A stretch of DNA of 63,997 bases, counting the filler, from Acidimicrobiia bacterium (GTDB lineage: Bacteria; Actinomycetota; Acidimicrobiia; Spongiisociales; SHLN01): assembly GCA_041619515.1 (NCBI GenBank). It is 3 parts of 3 records of this genome, joined end to end, with 100 filler letters (N's around TTAATTAATTAA, not from the genome) between each part and the next. Parts side by side here need not be neighbours in the genome. Positions count along the whole stretch, not along the records: positions 46,565 to 63,997 come from JBFKDW010000067.1; 2 more parts are not named here. One strand, given 5' to 3'. The first letter of the stretch is position 1; every line of letters begins with the position of its first letter. Below are positions 48,335 through 57,373 of this stretch, in pieces. Position numbers and translations under genes: made by a program. The notes under the pieces were generated by a model, which saw only the letters and a program-made list of their open reading frames with translations, was not told the origin of the DNA and made no database searches.

Positions 48335-51067
48335 GTGGCCGAATACCCAGGCGACCTCGAGTTCGATGTAGTACTGAAAGATGGCGGGACCGCCCGGCTC
48401 CGCCCGATCAAGCCCTCCGATGCAGAAGCGCTCGACGACATGTTCTCCCGGCTCAGCGCCGAGGCCGTCTACCAGCGGTTCTTCCGGGCGAAGAGCCGCC
48501 TGACGAGCGAAGAGCTCGAGTACTTCACCAACGTCGATTACGCCGACCGTATGGCCTTCGTGGTGCTGCACGAGGACGAGATCATCGGGGTCGGCCGCTA
48601 CGACCGGACTAAGGGCGATGACGATGCCGTTGCCGAGGTGGCGTTCGCCGTCGACGATCGGCATCACGGCAGAGGCATCGGCACCCAGCTTCTCCAACAC
48701 CTCACCTACTACGCCCGCAGCCATGGGATCACGGGATTCAGTGCCTGGGTGCTCCCCGACAACTATCCGATGATGCGGGTGTTCCGAAACTCCGGCTTCA
48801 CGCTCAAGCGCCACGTCAGCGAGGGTGTCTACCTCGTCGAGTTCCCAACCGAGGAGACGCCCGAGTCCCGCGAAGTCGAAGGCGAGCACGAGAAGCGGGC
48901 CGTGGCCACGTCGCTGCTCCCGATCTTCTATCCGCGGTCGGTGGCGGTGATCGGGGCAAGCCGCAATCCCGCCTCCATCTGGGGACGGCTGTTTCACAAC
49001 CTGCTCGCGGGATCGTTTGCCGGAGCCATCTTTCCCGTGAATCCTTCCGCACCGGCCGTCAGCGGTGTCCGGGCCTACCCGTCGGTGCGCGACATCCCCG
49101 ATCCCGTCGACCTGGCGTTCGTCGTCGTCCCCAAACAGCACGTGATGGCGGCCATCGACGACTGTGCTCGCAAGGGCGTGCGAGGACTGGTGGTCATTAC
49201 CGCCGGCTTCTCCGAGGGAGGCGGAGATGGGGAGGATCTCGAGGCCGAGCTGTTGGCGGCAGTGCGAAACGCGGATATGCGCATGGTCGGGCCCAACTGC
49301 ATGGGGGTCTTGAACACCGATCCATCCGTCAACCTGAACGGAACCTTCGCCCCCATCTATCCGCCTGCCGGAAACGTCGCCATGTCCAGTCAGAGTGGCG
49401 CACTCGGAATAGCCATCCTCGACTATGCCCGGGACCTCAACATCGGAATCTCAACCTTCGTGTCGGTGGGAAACAAGGCCGACGTGTCCGGTAACGATCT
49501 GCTGCTCTATTGGGAGGACGACCCGGCCACCGATGTCATCCTGCTGTACCTGGAGTCCTTCGGCAATCCCCGGCGGTTTTCGCGCCTCGCCCGCCGGATC
49601 GGTAAGAAGAAGCCGATCGTTGCAGTGAAATCCGGCCGGACCGCAGCCGGCACCAGGGCCGCCAGCAGCCATACCGGTGCGCTGGCCAGCGCCGACACCG
49701 CGGTCGACGCGCTCTTTCGCCAAGCCGGAGTCATCCGCACCCACGACCTCGACGAGCTGTTCGACATCACCGCGCTGCTTGCCAACCAGCCCGTGCCGAA
49801 CGGGCGCCGGGTGGGGGTACTCACGAACGCAGGCGGCCCCGGCATCCTGCTCGCCGATGCTCTCGAGTCGATTGGTCTCACCCTGCCCGAGCTGTCGGAG
49901 GATCTGCAGAAGAAGCTGGTGAGCCACCTCAGCACGGAAGCGACGGTGCGCAATCCTGTCGACATGGTTGCCTCGGCCGGGCCCGGGCAGTATCAAGCCT
50001 GCTTGAGCGAGCTGCTCGACACCGACGAGATCGACGCCGTCATCGTGATCCACATTCCGGCCGCCCCCACCGGCACGCCCGAGACGGCGGCCGTCATCCG
50101 TGATGCCAGCATCGCTAATGCCGGCCAGAAGACGCTGCTCTCGGTCTTCATGCGCTCCGAAGGGCCGCCTCCCGAGTTGTCGAGCGAGCTGTACCGGGTG
50201 CCTGCCTACCGGTTTCCGGAATCGGCGGCCCGGGCGCTGGCGCGGGCTGCCTCCTACGGCGAGTGGCTCCAACGTCCGATCGGCACCATCCCGGAGTTCA
50301 CGGGGCTGCAGCCCGAGCGAGCCCGGCGCGCCATCGACGATTTCCTCGGCCGGGTGGGAGACGAAGGCGGCTGGCTCGAGCCCGACGAAGTCGCCGAGGT
50401 TCTCGGAGCGTTCGGGCTGGCCCTACCCCGATCGCGGGTGGCAGCGAATGCCGATGAAGCCGTCGCCATTGCCTCGGAGTTCGGGGGCCCGGTCGTCCTC
50501 AAGGTGGTGTCGGACTCGGCGCTGCACAAGTCCGACATCGGAGGCGTCGCCCTCAACCTCGCATCCCCCGGCGATGTCAGGGCCGGCTACGAGCGCGTGA
50601 CCGGAGTCGTCGACGACGCCGAGGGCGCTCTCGTGCAGGAGTTCGTGCCCGGAGGTCATGAGGTGATCATCGGCATGACGGAGGATCCTTCCTTCGGTCC
50701 GCTCATCCTCTTTGGGCTGGGGGGCATCTTCGTCGAGCTCATCGGCGACGCCTCGTTTCGGATCCACCCCATAACCGACCGCGATGCATCCGAGATGGTT
50801 CGCGACGTGAAAGCCGCCAAGCTGCTCGATGGCTACCGCGGTGAGCCCCCCGGTGACATCCCGGCCCTGGAGGAAGCCATCCTCCGGGTCTCGGCGCTCA
50901 TCGACGCGTTCCCCGAGATCCGCGAAATGGACCTCAATCCGGTCAAAGTGCTCGAACCCGGGTCCGGAATCAGGGCAGTGGATGCTCGCATCCGGGTGCA
51001 GGCCGTTACGGCGTCGTTCCTGCCGGGACGGCTCGACATCCCAGCCGCTGAATCACCCCGGCGATAG
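48335..51067 (+). CDS. GNAT acetyltransferase fused to NDP-forming acyl-CoA synthetase domains (Pat/PatA-like)
   Basis: GNAT HGRGIGT, VAVIGAS, GPNCMG, SQSGA, GNKAD, SHTGA, HKSDIGGV and DLNP. GTG start after AGGAG. Confidence 0.9.
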   Translation: MAEYPGDLEFDVVLKDGGTARLRPIKPSDAEALDDMFSRLSAEAVYQRFFRAKSRLTSEELEYFTNVDYADRMAFVVLHEDEIIGVGRYDRTKGDDDAVAEVAFAVDDRHHGRGIGTQLLQHLTYYARSHGITGFSAWVLPDNYPMMRVFRNSGFTLKRHVSEGVYLVEFPTEETPESREVEGEHEKRAVATSLLPIFYPRSVAVIGASRNPASIWGRLFHNLLAGSFAGAIFPVNPSAPAVSGVRAYPSVRDIPDPVDLAFVVVPKQHVMAAIDDCARKGVRGLVVITAGFSEGGGDGEDLEAELLAAVRNADMRMVGPNCMGVLNTDPSVNLNGTFAPIYPPAGNVAMSSQSGALGIAILDYARDLNIGISTFVSVGNKADVSGNDLLLYWEDDPATDVILLYLESFGNPRRFSRLARRIGKKKPIVAVKSGRTAAGTRAASSHTGALASADTAVDALFRQAGVIRTHDLDELFDITALLANQPVPNGRRVGVLTNAGGPGILLADALESIGLTLPELSEDLQKKLVSHLSTEATVRNPVDMVASAGPGQYQACLSELLDTDEIDAVIVIHIPAAPTGTPETAAVIRDASIANAGQKTLLSVFMRSEGPPPELSSELYRVPAYRFPESAARALARAASYGEWLQRPIGTIPEFTGLQPERARRAIDDFLGRVGDEGGWLEPDEVAEVLGAFGLALPRSRVAANADEAVAIASEFGGPVVLKVVSDSALHKSDIGGVALNLASPGDVRAGYERVTGVVDDAEGALVQEFVPGGHEVIIGMTEDPSFGPLILFGLGGIFVELIGDASFRIHPITDRDASEMVRDVKAAKLLDGYRGEPPGDIPALEEAILRVSALIDAFPEIREMDLNPVKVLEPGSGIRAVDARIRVQAVTASFLPGRLDIPAAESPRR

Positions 51068-51103
51068 CCGGTTCGCTTGTAGGCTGGGCGCAAAGGAGCT
51101 GAG

Positions 51104-51778
51104 ATGCGGGTAGTCGACCTGATGGCGAGCGAGGTGATCAGCGTTCGGCGTGAGACGTCGTTGCGCGATGCCGCCCGCCTGATGGTGGAACGAGGCATCA
51201 GCGGGTTGCCGGTGACCGACGAGGACGGCATGCTGGTGGGGGTTGTGAGCGAAGGTGACTTCCTGCGCAAGGAAGTCGATCGCGGAGAGCTGATGGGTCG
51301 GGGGCTGCTCGGCGCCCTGTTCGACGACCGTGATTCTCTCGCCGAGGCCGAGACGGTCGGCGAGGTGATGGCCGAGAACCTCTTCACCGTCAGCCCCGAT
51401 GCCACCCTCGTAGAGGCGGCGCGCACTATGACCACCCATGCCGTCAAGCGGCTCCCGGTGGTGACCCGGGACGGCAAACTGGTTGGAATCATCAGCCGAC
51501 GAGACATCGTGGCGGCCTTCACCCGACCGGACGAGCTGATTGAGGACGAGATCCGGGAAGACATACTCAGGCGGCTGTTGTTCTTCGACCCGAATCTGCT
51601 CGACATATCGGTGACGGCCGGGGTCGTTCGCATTTCTGGCGAGCTGCCGACTCGCAGCGACACCCGGTTGCTCGAAGCCATGGTGCAGCGCACCGACGGG
51701 GTGATACGGGCCGAGATCAACCTGACCTGGAAGCTCGACGACACCCAGGTGGGAAACGAGCCATCCAACCTCCCGTAA
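51104..51778 (+). CDS. CBS-pair plus BON domain protein
   Basis: ISGLPV, VKRLPV, GIISRRDI and a C-terminal V.AGVV.ISG. Confidence 0.88.
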   Translation: MRVVDLMASEVISVRRETSLRDAARLMVERGISGLPVTDEDGMLVGVVSEGDFLRKEVDRGELMGRGLLGALFDDRDSLAEAETVGEVMAENLFTVSPDATLVEAARTMTTHAVKRLPVVTRDGKLVGIISRRDIVAAFTRPDELIEDEIREDILRRLLFFDPNLLDISVTAGVVRISGELPTRSDTRLLEAMVQRTDGVIRAEINLTWKLDDTQVGNEPSNLP

Positions 51779-51798
51779 CCCACGTCGACTCGGGCGGA

Positions 51799-52614
51799 GT
51801 GCAGATCGCGGTCCAGCGCCGGCCGGGGACACAGGGCGTGACGGTTGGCTTCGCTCATGCGACCGGATTCTGCAGAAGCGTGTGGGATCCGGTGATCGAC
51901 GAGATGACCGCCCGGGGCTATGCAGGCAGCGTGGTCGCCTGGGACCATCGGGCTCACGGCGGCTCCGGCCGGCCCCCGCTGCCCGTTGACTGGTGGGACA
52001 CCGGGCGCGACGCGCTCACTGTGCTGGCCGATGCCGCCGCACCGATTCTTGGTGTCGGTCACTCGATGGGGGCGGTCTCGTTGCTCATGGCCGAGATCCT
52101 CAATCCAGGCACGTTCGCGTCGATCGTGGCAATCGAGCCGATCGCCTTCCCAACTCCAGACGAGCCGATCGACGATCACCCGCTTGCGCACACGGCTCGC
52201 CGGCGCAAGGGATCATTCCCGAGCCGGGAGGCTGCGTTCGAGAATTTCGCCTCGAAACCGGTCTTCAGCGCCTGGGATCGGCGCGCATTGCGCGCCTATG
52301 TGACCTGCGGCCTCGTGTCGGCCGGCGACGAGTGGAGGCTGGCCTGCCCGCCCGAATACGAAGCCGCTTTCTTCGTCGCGGGAGCCGCTCACGGGACCTG
52401 GGAGCGACTCGGAGAGATCTCCGCGCCGGTGAAGGTGGTGGCCGGTGCCGACTCTGACACGCACCCTGCCGCGTTCGCCGCCCAGCAGGCTGCCCGGCTC
52501 GGGAACGGGTCGCTCGAACTCGTAACAGGCTCCGGCCACTTCCTACCGATGGAGCAGCCGGGCCGCCTGGCCGAGATCATCAATCAAACCATGGCGTCGA
52601 TGAGCTCGTCGTAG
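51799..52614 (+). CDS. Alpha/beta hydrolase
   Basis: HATGF, GHSMG and GHFLPME. Confidence 0.85.
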   Translation: MQIAVQRRPGTQGVTVGFAHATGFCRSVWDPVIDEMTARGYAGSVVAWDHRAHGGSGRPPLPVDWWDTGRDALTVLADAAAPILGVGHSMGAVSLLMAEILNPGTFASIVAIEPIAFPTPDEPIDDHPLAHTARRRKGSFPSREAAFENFASKPVFSAWDRRALRAYVTCGLVSAGDEWRLACPPEYEAAFFVAGAAHGTWERLGEISAPVKVVAGADSDTHPAAFAAQQAARLGNGSLELVTGSGHFLPMEQPGRLAEIINQTMASMSSS

Positions 52615-53672
52615 CGGGGCGCAACCAGGCGCCAATCGAACCGTTTGCCGGCGGCTCGCGCCGCCGGCGCCAGCTCTCTGCACCGCAACCGGCTCTCCAG
52701 TAACCATCCAAGACGGCTCGCCAGAGTGCCCGGCTCGTACAAGCACTCGCCCAGGCGGGATCCGAGCAACTCGGGGTAGGCAAGTCGATTGGGAACCAGG
52801 GGCACCGCTCCGCATGCCATCGCTTCGGCGACGGAGACACCAAAGAACTCCTGGCGGGCAGTGCTCACCACCACGTCGGCCGACCCAAGCAGCCGTGTGT
52901 ACAAGGGACGGGGGGCAAATCCGGCGTGAAGCACCCTGTCGCCGAACCGATCGATGATCCGGCCCGCCAGCGGATGAGATGAGCTGCCCTCGCCTGCGAG
53001 GATCACGCGGAAGGGGAGACCGCCGACCTCGCCGAGGGCCTCCCAGAAGGCGGCCGGGTCTTTGTCCGCCTCCCATCGGTGATTCCACAACAGAACACAG
53101 GACCCGTCGTCTCGCCGATTGGGCTCACAAGCGGCCCCGTCGATGCCAACAGGCAACACGCCCGACTTTGCCAGGGCGGCCGCCCGGTCTGTGTCCGAGA
53201 CACCGAGCACCGGCACTGCGTCGAAGAAATCGTCGAGGTGAAATCGAGAGTTGAAGGCGACGCGGTCGGCGGCCTCAACCGATCGCCAATTGGCGGCCCC
53301 CCGCTCCCGGTCTGGTTTCGACCGGTCGTAGGTGAGCTGATTCTCGTGCATGTACAGCAGCGTGGGAACGTGCTCGAACCCGGATCGTGCCACGAACTCA
53401 CTCAAATCCATCATGCTCGACGCCACGACGACATCGGGCGGCGGGCCGGCGCGGCCGGCGAGCTCGGCTGCCGATCGCGCCAGGGTCGACCTCCAACCCG
53501 TAGGTTTCCCGCCCAGCACCTCGACCCGATGCCGGGAGTGGCGCTGGAAGCCTTCGGCCCAGGCGCGATGTGAGCCCGACAGCCAGGGCTCGACTACGAG
53601 GACACTGGCTGCGGGCCCGGTCCGCCGGGGCGGTGCCGGCCCCGGTGCGCCATCGTCTTGGGAGCGGGGCAT
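52584..53672 (-). CDS. GT4 glycosyltransferase, DUF3524/GTDC1 (QTMAN)-like
   Basis: GSH..WA, YMHENQLTY, FNS.FH, WNHRWE.DK, EFFG and LAYPE. Confidence 0.8.
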   Translation of the reverse strand: MPRSQDDGAPGPAPPRRTGPAASVLVVEPWLSGSHRAWAEGFQRHSRHRVEVLGGKPTGWRSTLARSAAELAGRAGPPPDVVVASSMMDLSEFVARSGFEHVPTLLYMHENQLTYDRSKPDRERGAANWRSVEAADRVAFNSRFHLDDFFDAVPVLGVSDTDRAAALAKSGVLPVGIDGAACEPNRRDDGSCVLLWNHRWEADKDPAAFWEALGEVGGLPFRVILAGEGSSSHPLAGRIIDRFGDRVLHAGFAPRPLYTRLLGSADVVVSTARQEFFGVSVAEAMACGAVPLVPNRLAYPELLGSRLGECLYEPGTLASRLGWLLESRLRCRELAPAARAAGKRFDWRLVAPRYDELIDAMV

Positions 53673-53801
53673 CCCTAGCCCGCCGCGATGCGGCCGGTGG
53701 CAGCGGAGCTGTGGCCGGCATAGTCCAAGGCGCCCATAGCGTGACGCTACTCAGCCGTCTCTGCCTCGGGCGATCCTGCGGTCGCGAGCGGTCGGGCTCG
53801 T

Positions 53802-53834
53802 TCTCACCGCTTTCTCAGCAAACGAGCCCATACT
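53802..53834 (+). promoter_or_regulatory. MprA-box-like direct repeat and -10 element of a leaderless promoter
   Basis: TCTCAC-N5-TCTCAG at 53802-53818. CATACT at 53829-53834, 7 nt before the ATG. Confidence 0.65.
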
Positions 53835-53841
53835 TGGCACT

Positions 53842-54519
53842 ATGAAGGTTCTCGTTGTCGACGATGACGCCGCGGTGCGCAATTCACTCGACCGGGCGCT
53901 GCGCTTGAACGGATACGAAGTGGACCTGGCCGTCGATGGCGTCGACGCCCTCAATCGGGTGACGAGGAATACGCCGGACGCCCTGGTGCTCGACATTCTC
54001 ATGCCCAACATCGACGGCCTGGAAGTGTGCCGGCGGATGCGGGCAAACGGCGATCCGACGCCCATCCTCATGCTCACAGCCCAGGATGGGGTCAGCGAGC
54101 GGGTCGCCGGGCTGGATGCCGGTGCCGACGACTACCTGCCGAAGCCGTTCGCCCTCGAGGAGTTGCTGGCAAGGCTTCGGGCCCTGCTCCGGCGCACCGC
54201 CCCCGACGGTCACACCGGGGACATTCTCCGGTTCGAGGACGTGACGATGGATTTGTCGACGTTCGAGGTCAGGCGCGGCGAACGCCGCATCGACCTCACG
54301 AGGACTGAGTTCAGTCTGCTCGAACTGTTCATGCGCAACCCTCGCCAGGTTCTGACGCGAGACATCATCAACGACCGGGTATGGGGGTATGACTTCCCGA
54401 CCACCTCCAACTCCCTGGAGGTCTACGTCGGGTACCTCCGGCGCAAGCTGGAATCGGACGGTGAGCGGCGCCTCATCCAGACCATGCGCGGCTTCGGGTA
54501 TGTGCTCAGAGCGCCGTGA
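53842..54519 (+). CDS. mprA: OmpR-family response regulator (MprA-like)
   Basis: [29 protein letters not shown] and [11 protein letters not shown]. Confidence 0.8.
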   Translation: MKVLVVDDDAAVRNSLDRALRLNGYEVDLAVDGVDALNRVTRNTPDALVLDILMPNIDGLEVCRRMRANGDPTPILMLTAQDGVSERVAGLDAGADDYLPKPFALEELLARLRALLRRTAPDGHTGDILRFEDVTMDLSTFEVRRGERRIDLTRTEFSLLELFMRNPRQVLTRDIINDRVWGYDFPTTSNSLEVYVGYLRRKLESDGERRLIQTMRGFGYVLRAP

Positions 54520-54531
54520 GCGGGAGCCCAG

Positions 54532-55968
54532 GTGAGCTTTAGAGCCCGCATCGCGGCTACTGCGGCCGGTGCCGTGGCCGTTGCCGTGCTGCTGGTCTCG
54601 GTGGCCGCCTACGCCGCTTCGTCGCGGTCGCTGCGCGAGGAGATCGACCGCGACCTCGCCGAGGTTGCCGCCGAATTGGTCGACCGTCCCGAGCAGGTCG
54701 TGTTCGGGATCGTTCAGCGGATCGAAGGCGGATCGCCGGGCGATGACCGCTTCGACGACTTCCGCCGGCGCGGTGGGCGCAACCTCTTCGGCCCGCTCCC
54801 AGCCGAACGGTTCGGCGGAGCCAGCGGGTTCGCCCAGATCGTCAACGCCCGCGGCGAGCTGATCAGCCTGGCGGGCGATCTCGAGGTGCCGGCCGATTAC
54901 GACTACCTTCCGGTCGACGATCGCGTGATAGCGATGGCGGCGGGCGAGATTCGGGGGAGCTTCTACGCAACGGTCGAGGTCGATGGGTCGCCGGTGCGGA
55001 TCCTGACCCAGCAGTTCGTACCGGGAGTCGCCCTCCAGGTGGCCCGGCCCCTCGACGAGGTCGAGGACGCCCTAAACCGTCTGGCGGTATTCCTCGGATT
55101 GGGTGGGGTGGCGGGAGTGGCGCTGGCGGGGGCCCTCGGCCTGTTGGTGGCGAGGCTTGCCATCCGCCCCGTCGAAGCGCTGACCCAATCTGCAGAGCAC
55201 GTTGCCGAAACTCGTGACCTCAGCCATCGAATCGAACGGGACGCTCCCGACGAGCTGGGCCGCCTGGGACAATCGTTCAACACCATGCTGGAGGCCCTCG
55301 AGAGCTCCGAAGAGGCCCGCCGCCAGCTCGTGGCCGACGCCTCTCACGAGCTCCGCACCCCGCTCACGAGCCTCAGGACCAACATCGAGGTACTGGCCGA
55401 TGCTGAGGCGCTCACCGACGACGATCGACGGGCGCTGGTCAACGACGTCGTGGAGCAGCTCGACGAGCTGAATCTGCTGATCTCGGATCTGATAGACGCG
55501 GCACGGGAAGCTGAGCCGTCGGAATCGCTCGCCGATGTGGATCTCGACGTCCTGGTGAAAGATGGCGTAGAGCGAGCGCAGCGGAACTTCCCCGACCTCC
55601 GCTTCGAGCTCGCCACCCGCCCGTGCACTGTGCGCGGCGTGCCCCGCCGCGTGGGACGGGCGGTCGACAACCTGCTCGACAACGCCGCCAAATGGAGTCC
55701 GCCGGGGGGCACGGTGGAGGTGAGTGCCATTGATGGCGTCGTCCGGGTGCGCGATCACGGGACGGGGATAGCCGAAGAAGACCGCGCCCACGTGTTTGAC
55801 CGGTTCTATCGGGCGGCAAACGCTCGATCCATGCCCGGCTCCGGTCTGGGCCTTTCCATCGTCAAACAGGTCGCCGCCACCCATGGTGGCACGGCAACTG
55901 CCGAGAACCACCCGGGCGGTGGAGCCCTCCTCACCCTGGCGCTGCCGACCATCTCCCCCGGCCCGTAG
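54532..55968 (+). CDS. mprB: Sensor histidine kinase (MprB-like)
   Basis: Two TM segments, HAMP, DASHELRTPLTSLRTN, NAAKWSP and MPGSGLGL. Confidence 0.8.
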   Translation: MSFRARIAATAAGAVAVAVLLVSVAAYAASSRSLREEIDRDLAEVAAELVDRPEQVVFGIVQRIEGGSPGDDRFDDFRRRGGRNLFGPLPAERFGGASGFAQIVNARGELISLAGDLEVPADYDYLPVDDRVIAMAAGEIRGSFYATVEVDGSPVRILTQQFVPGVALQVARPLDEVEDALNRLAVFLGLGGVAGVALAGALGLLVARLAIRPVEALTQSAEHVAETRDLSHRIERDAPDELGRLGQSFNTMLEALESSEEARRQLVADASHELRTPLTSLRTNIEVLADAEALTDDDRRALVNDVVEQLDELNLLISDLIDAAREAEPSESLADVDLDVLVKDGVERAQRNFPDLRFELATRPCTVRGVPRRVGRAVDNLLDNAAKWSPPGGTVEVSAIDGVVRVRDHGTGIAEEDRAHVFDRFYRAANARSMPGSGLGLSIVKQVAATHGGTATAENHPGGGALLTLALPTISPGP

Positions 55969-56053
55969 GTCTCTCCTCGAGAGCACTGCTTCCCGGCACC
56001 GGGCGGGGCAGCGGCCGGGGAGAACAACACGGCCTCAGTACAATGACCTCGGC

Positions 56054-57373
56054 ATGTCCCGGCTCATCGACCCCGCGCTCATCGACTCGCTGGCGGGCGC
56101 GCTCGATGACCGCACCGATCGGCTGCAGGTCGCATCGGTGGCGGCGAACCTCGATCCGGTGGCAGTGGTGCGTGCCGGGGCCGACGGCTCGGGCTGGGCC
56201 GGGTATTTCGCATCACCCTCCGGATTCGAGATGGGTGGGCTCGGTGTGGCGTGGCGCACCACGGCGTCCGGACCTCACCGTTTGTCCGACCTCGACCGCG
56301 CCATCCGGGATTCTCGAGCCGATGTTCCGCTCATGGTCGGCTTTTCGTTCGCTCCCCACGGGCCCCAGCCCGCCGAATGGGACGGGTTTGCCCCGGCAGC
56401 CGCAGTGTTGCCACTCGTGTCGGTGGTGCGGCGAGGCTCGGACACCCGATTGGTTGTGGCGGTGCCGCCGGGCCGCTCGTCGCGCGACGTTCTCGATGTG
56501 CTGGTCGGGCTGGTGGTGCCGCCCCCGGAGCGAGTGTTCGAAGCCGCCGATCATGTCGTTGAATCCCGCCCCGCGCCCACCGCCTGGCGCGAGACCGTTG
56601 CAGAGGCCGTCGCCGCCATACGGGCCGGTTCCATCGACAAGGTGGTTCTGGCCCGGTCGGTCACCGTTCGGACCGACATCCCTGCCCGGCCCTTCGACCT
56701 CGTCGCACATCTCCGCTCCGGGTATCCGTACTCGTTCACGTTCGGCTGGCAGGAGGGGGACTCTGTGTTCATCGGGGCCAGCCCGGAGCTGTTGGTCGCC
56801 CGTTCTGGCCGGGCCATACGGGCCAACCCGCTTGCCGGGTCGGCGGCGCGTGGGACCGACGACCATGAAGACATCCGGCTGGGCCATGCCCTCGCCGCCA
56901 GCCGCAAGGATCAGCGCGAGCACGTCATCGTGGTCGATGACATCCGGTCTCGCCTCGAGAGCTTCGTCGACGAGCTGGAAGTGCCCGGTGAGCCGGTGCT
57001 GCGAAAGTTCCCCACCGTGCAGCATCTGTCCACCGAGCTCCGGGGCCGGCTGGCGTCTCCCGTATCGCTCATCGAGCTGGCCGATGCGCTCCACCCGACC
57101 GCGGCCGTCGGGGGCACCCCGCGCGATGACGCCCTGCTGTTCCTCGACAAGTTCGAAGACCTGGATCGGGGCTGGTACGCGGGAGGCATCGGATGGTGCG
57201 ACCGGGCCGGGGACGGCGAGATGGCCGTGGCGCTCCGCTGCGGCCTGGTGCGGGGAACCACCGCCTACCTCTACGCCGGGGCCGGGATCGTCGGCGACTC
57301 GAACCCCGACGACGAGCTGGTCGAAACCAGGCTCAAATTCCGGCCGATGCTGGACCTACTTTCCGCCTCGTAA
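56054..57373 (+). CDS. menF: Isochorismate synthase
   Basis: KVVLAR, GASPELL, LAGS, EH, LHPTAAVGG and YAGAGIV. Confidence 0.88.
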   Translation: MSRLIDPALIDSLAGALDDRTDRLQVASVAANLDPVAVVRAGADGSGWAGYFASPSGFEMGGLGVAWRTTASGPHRLSDLDRAIRDSRADVPLMVGFSFAPHGPQPAEWDGFAPAAAVLPLVSVVRRGSDTRLVVAVPPGRSSRDVLDVLVGLVVPPPERVFEAADHVVESRPAPTAWRETVAEAVAAIRAGSIDKVVLARSVTVRTDIPARPFDLVAHLRSGYPYSFTFGWQEGDSVFIGASPELLVARSGRAIRANPLAGSAARGTDDHEDIRLGHALAASRKDQREHVIVVDDIRSRLESFVDELEVPGEPVLRKFPTVQHLSTELRGRLASPVSLIELADALHPTAAVGGTPRDDALLFLDKFEDLDRGWYAGGIGWCDRAGDGEMAVALRCGLVRGTTAYLYAGAGIVGDSNPDDELVETRLKFRPMLDLLSAS

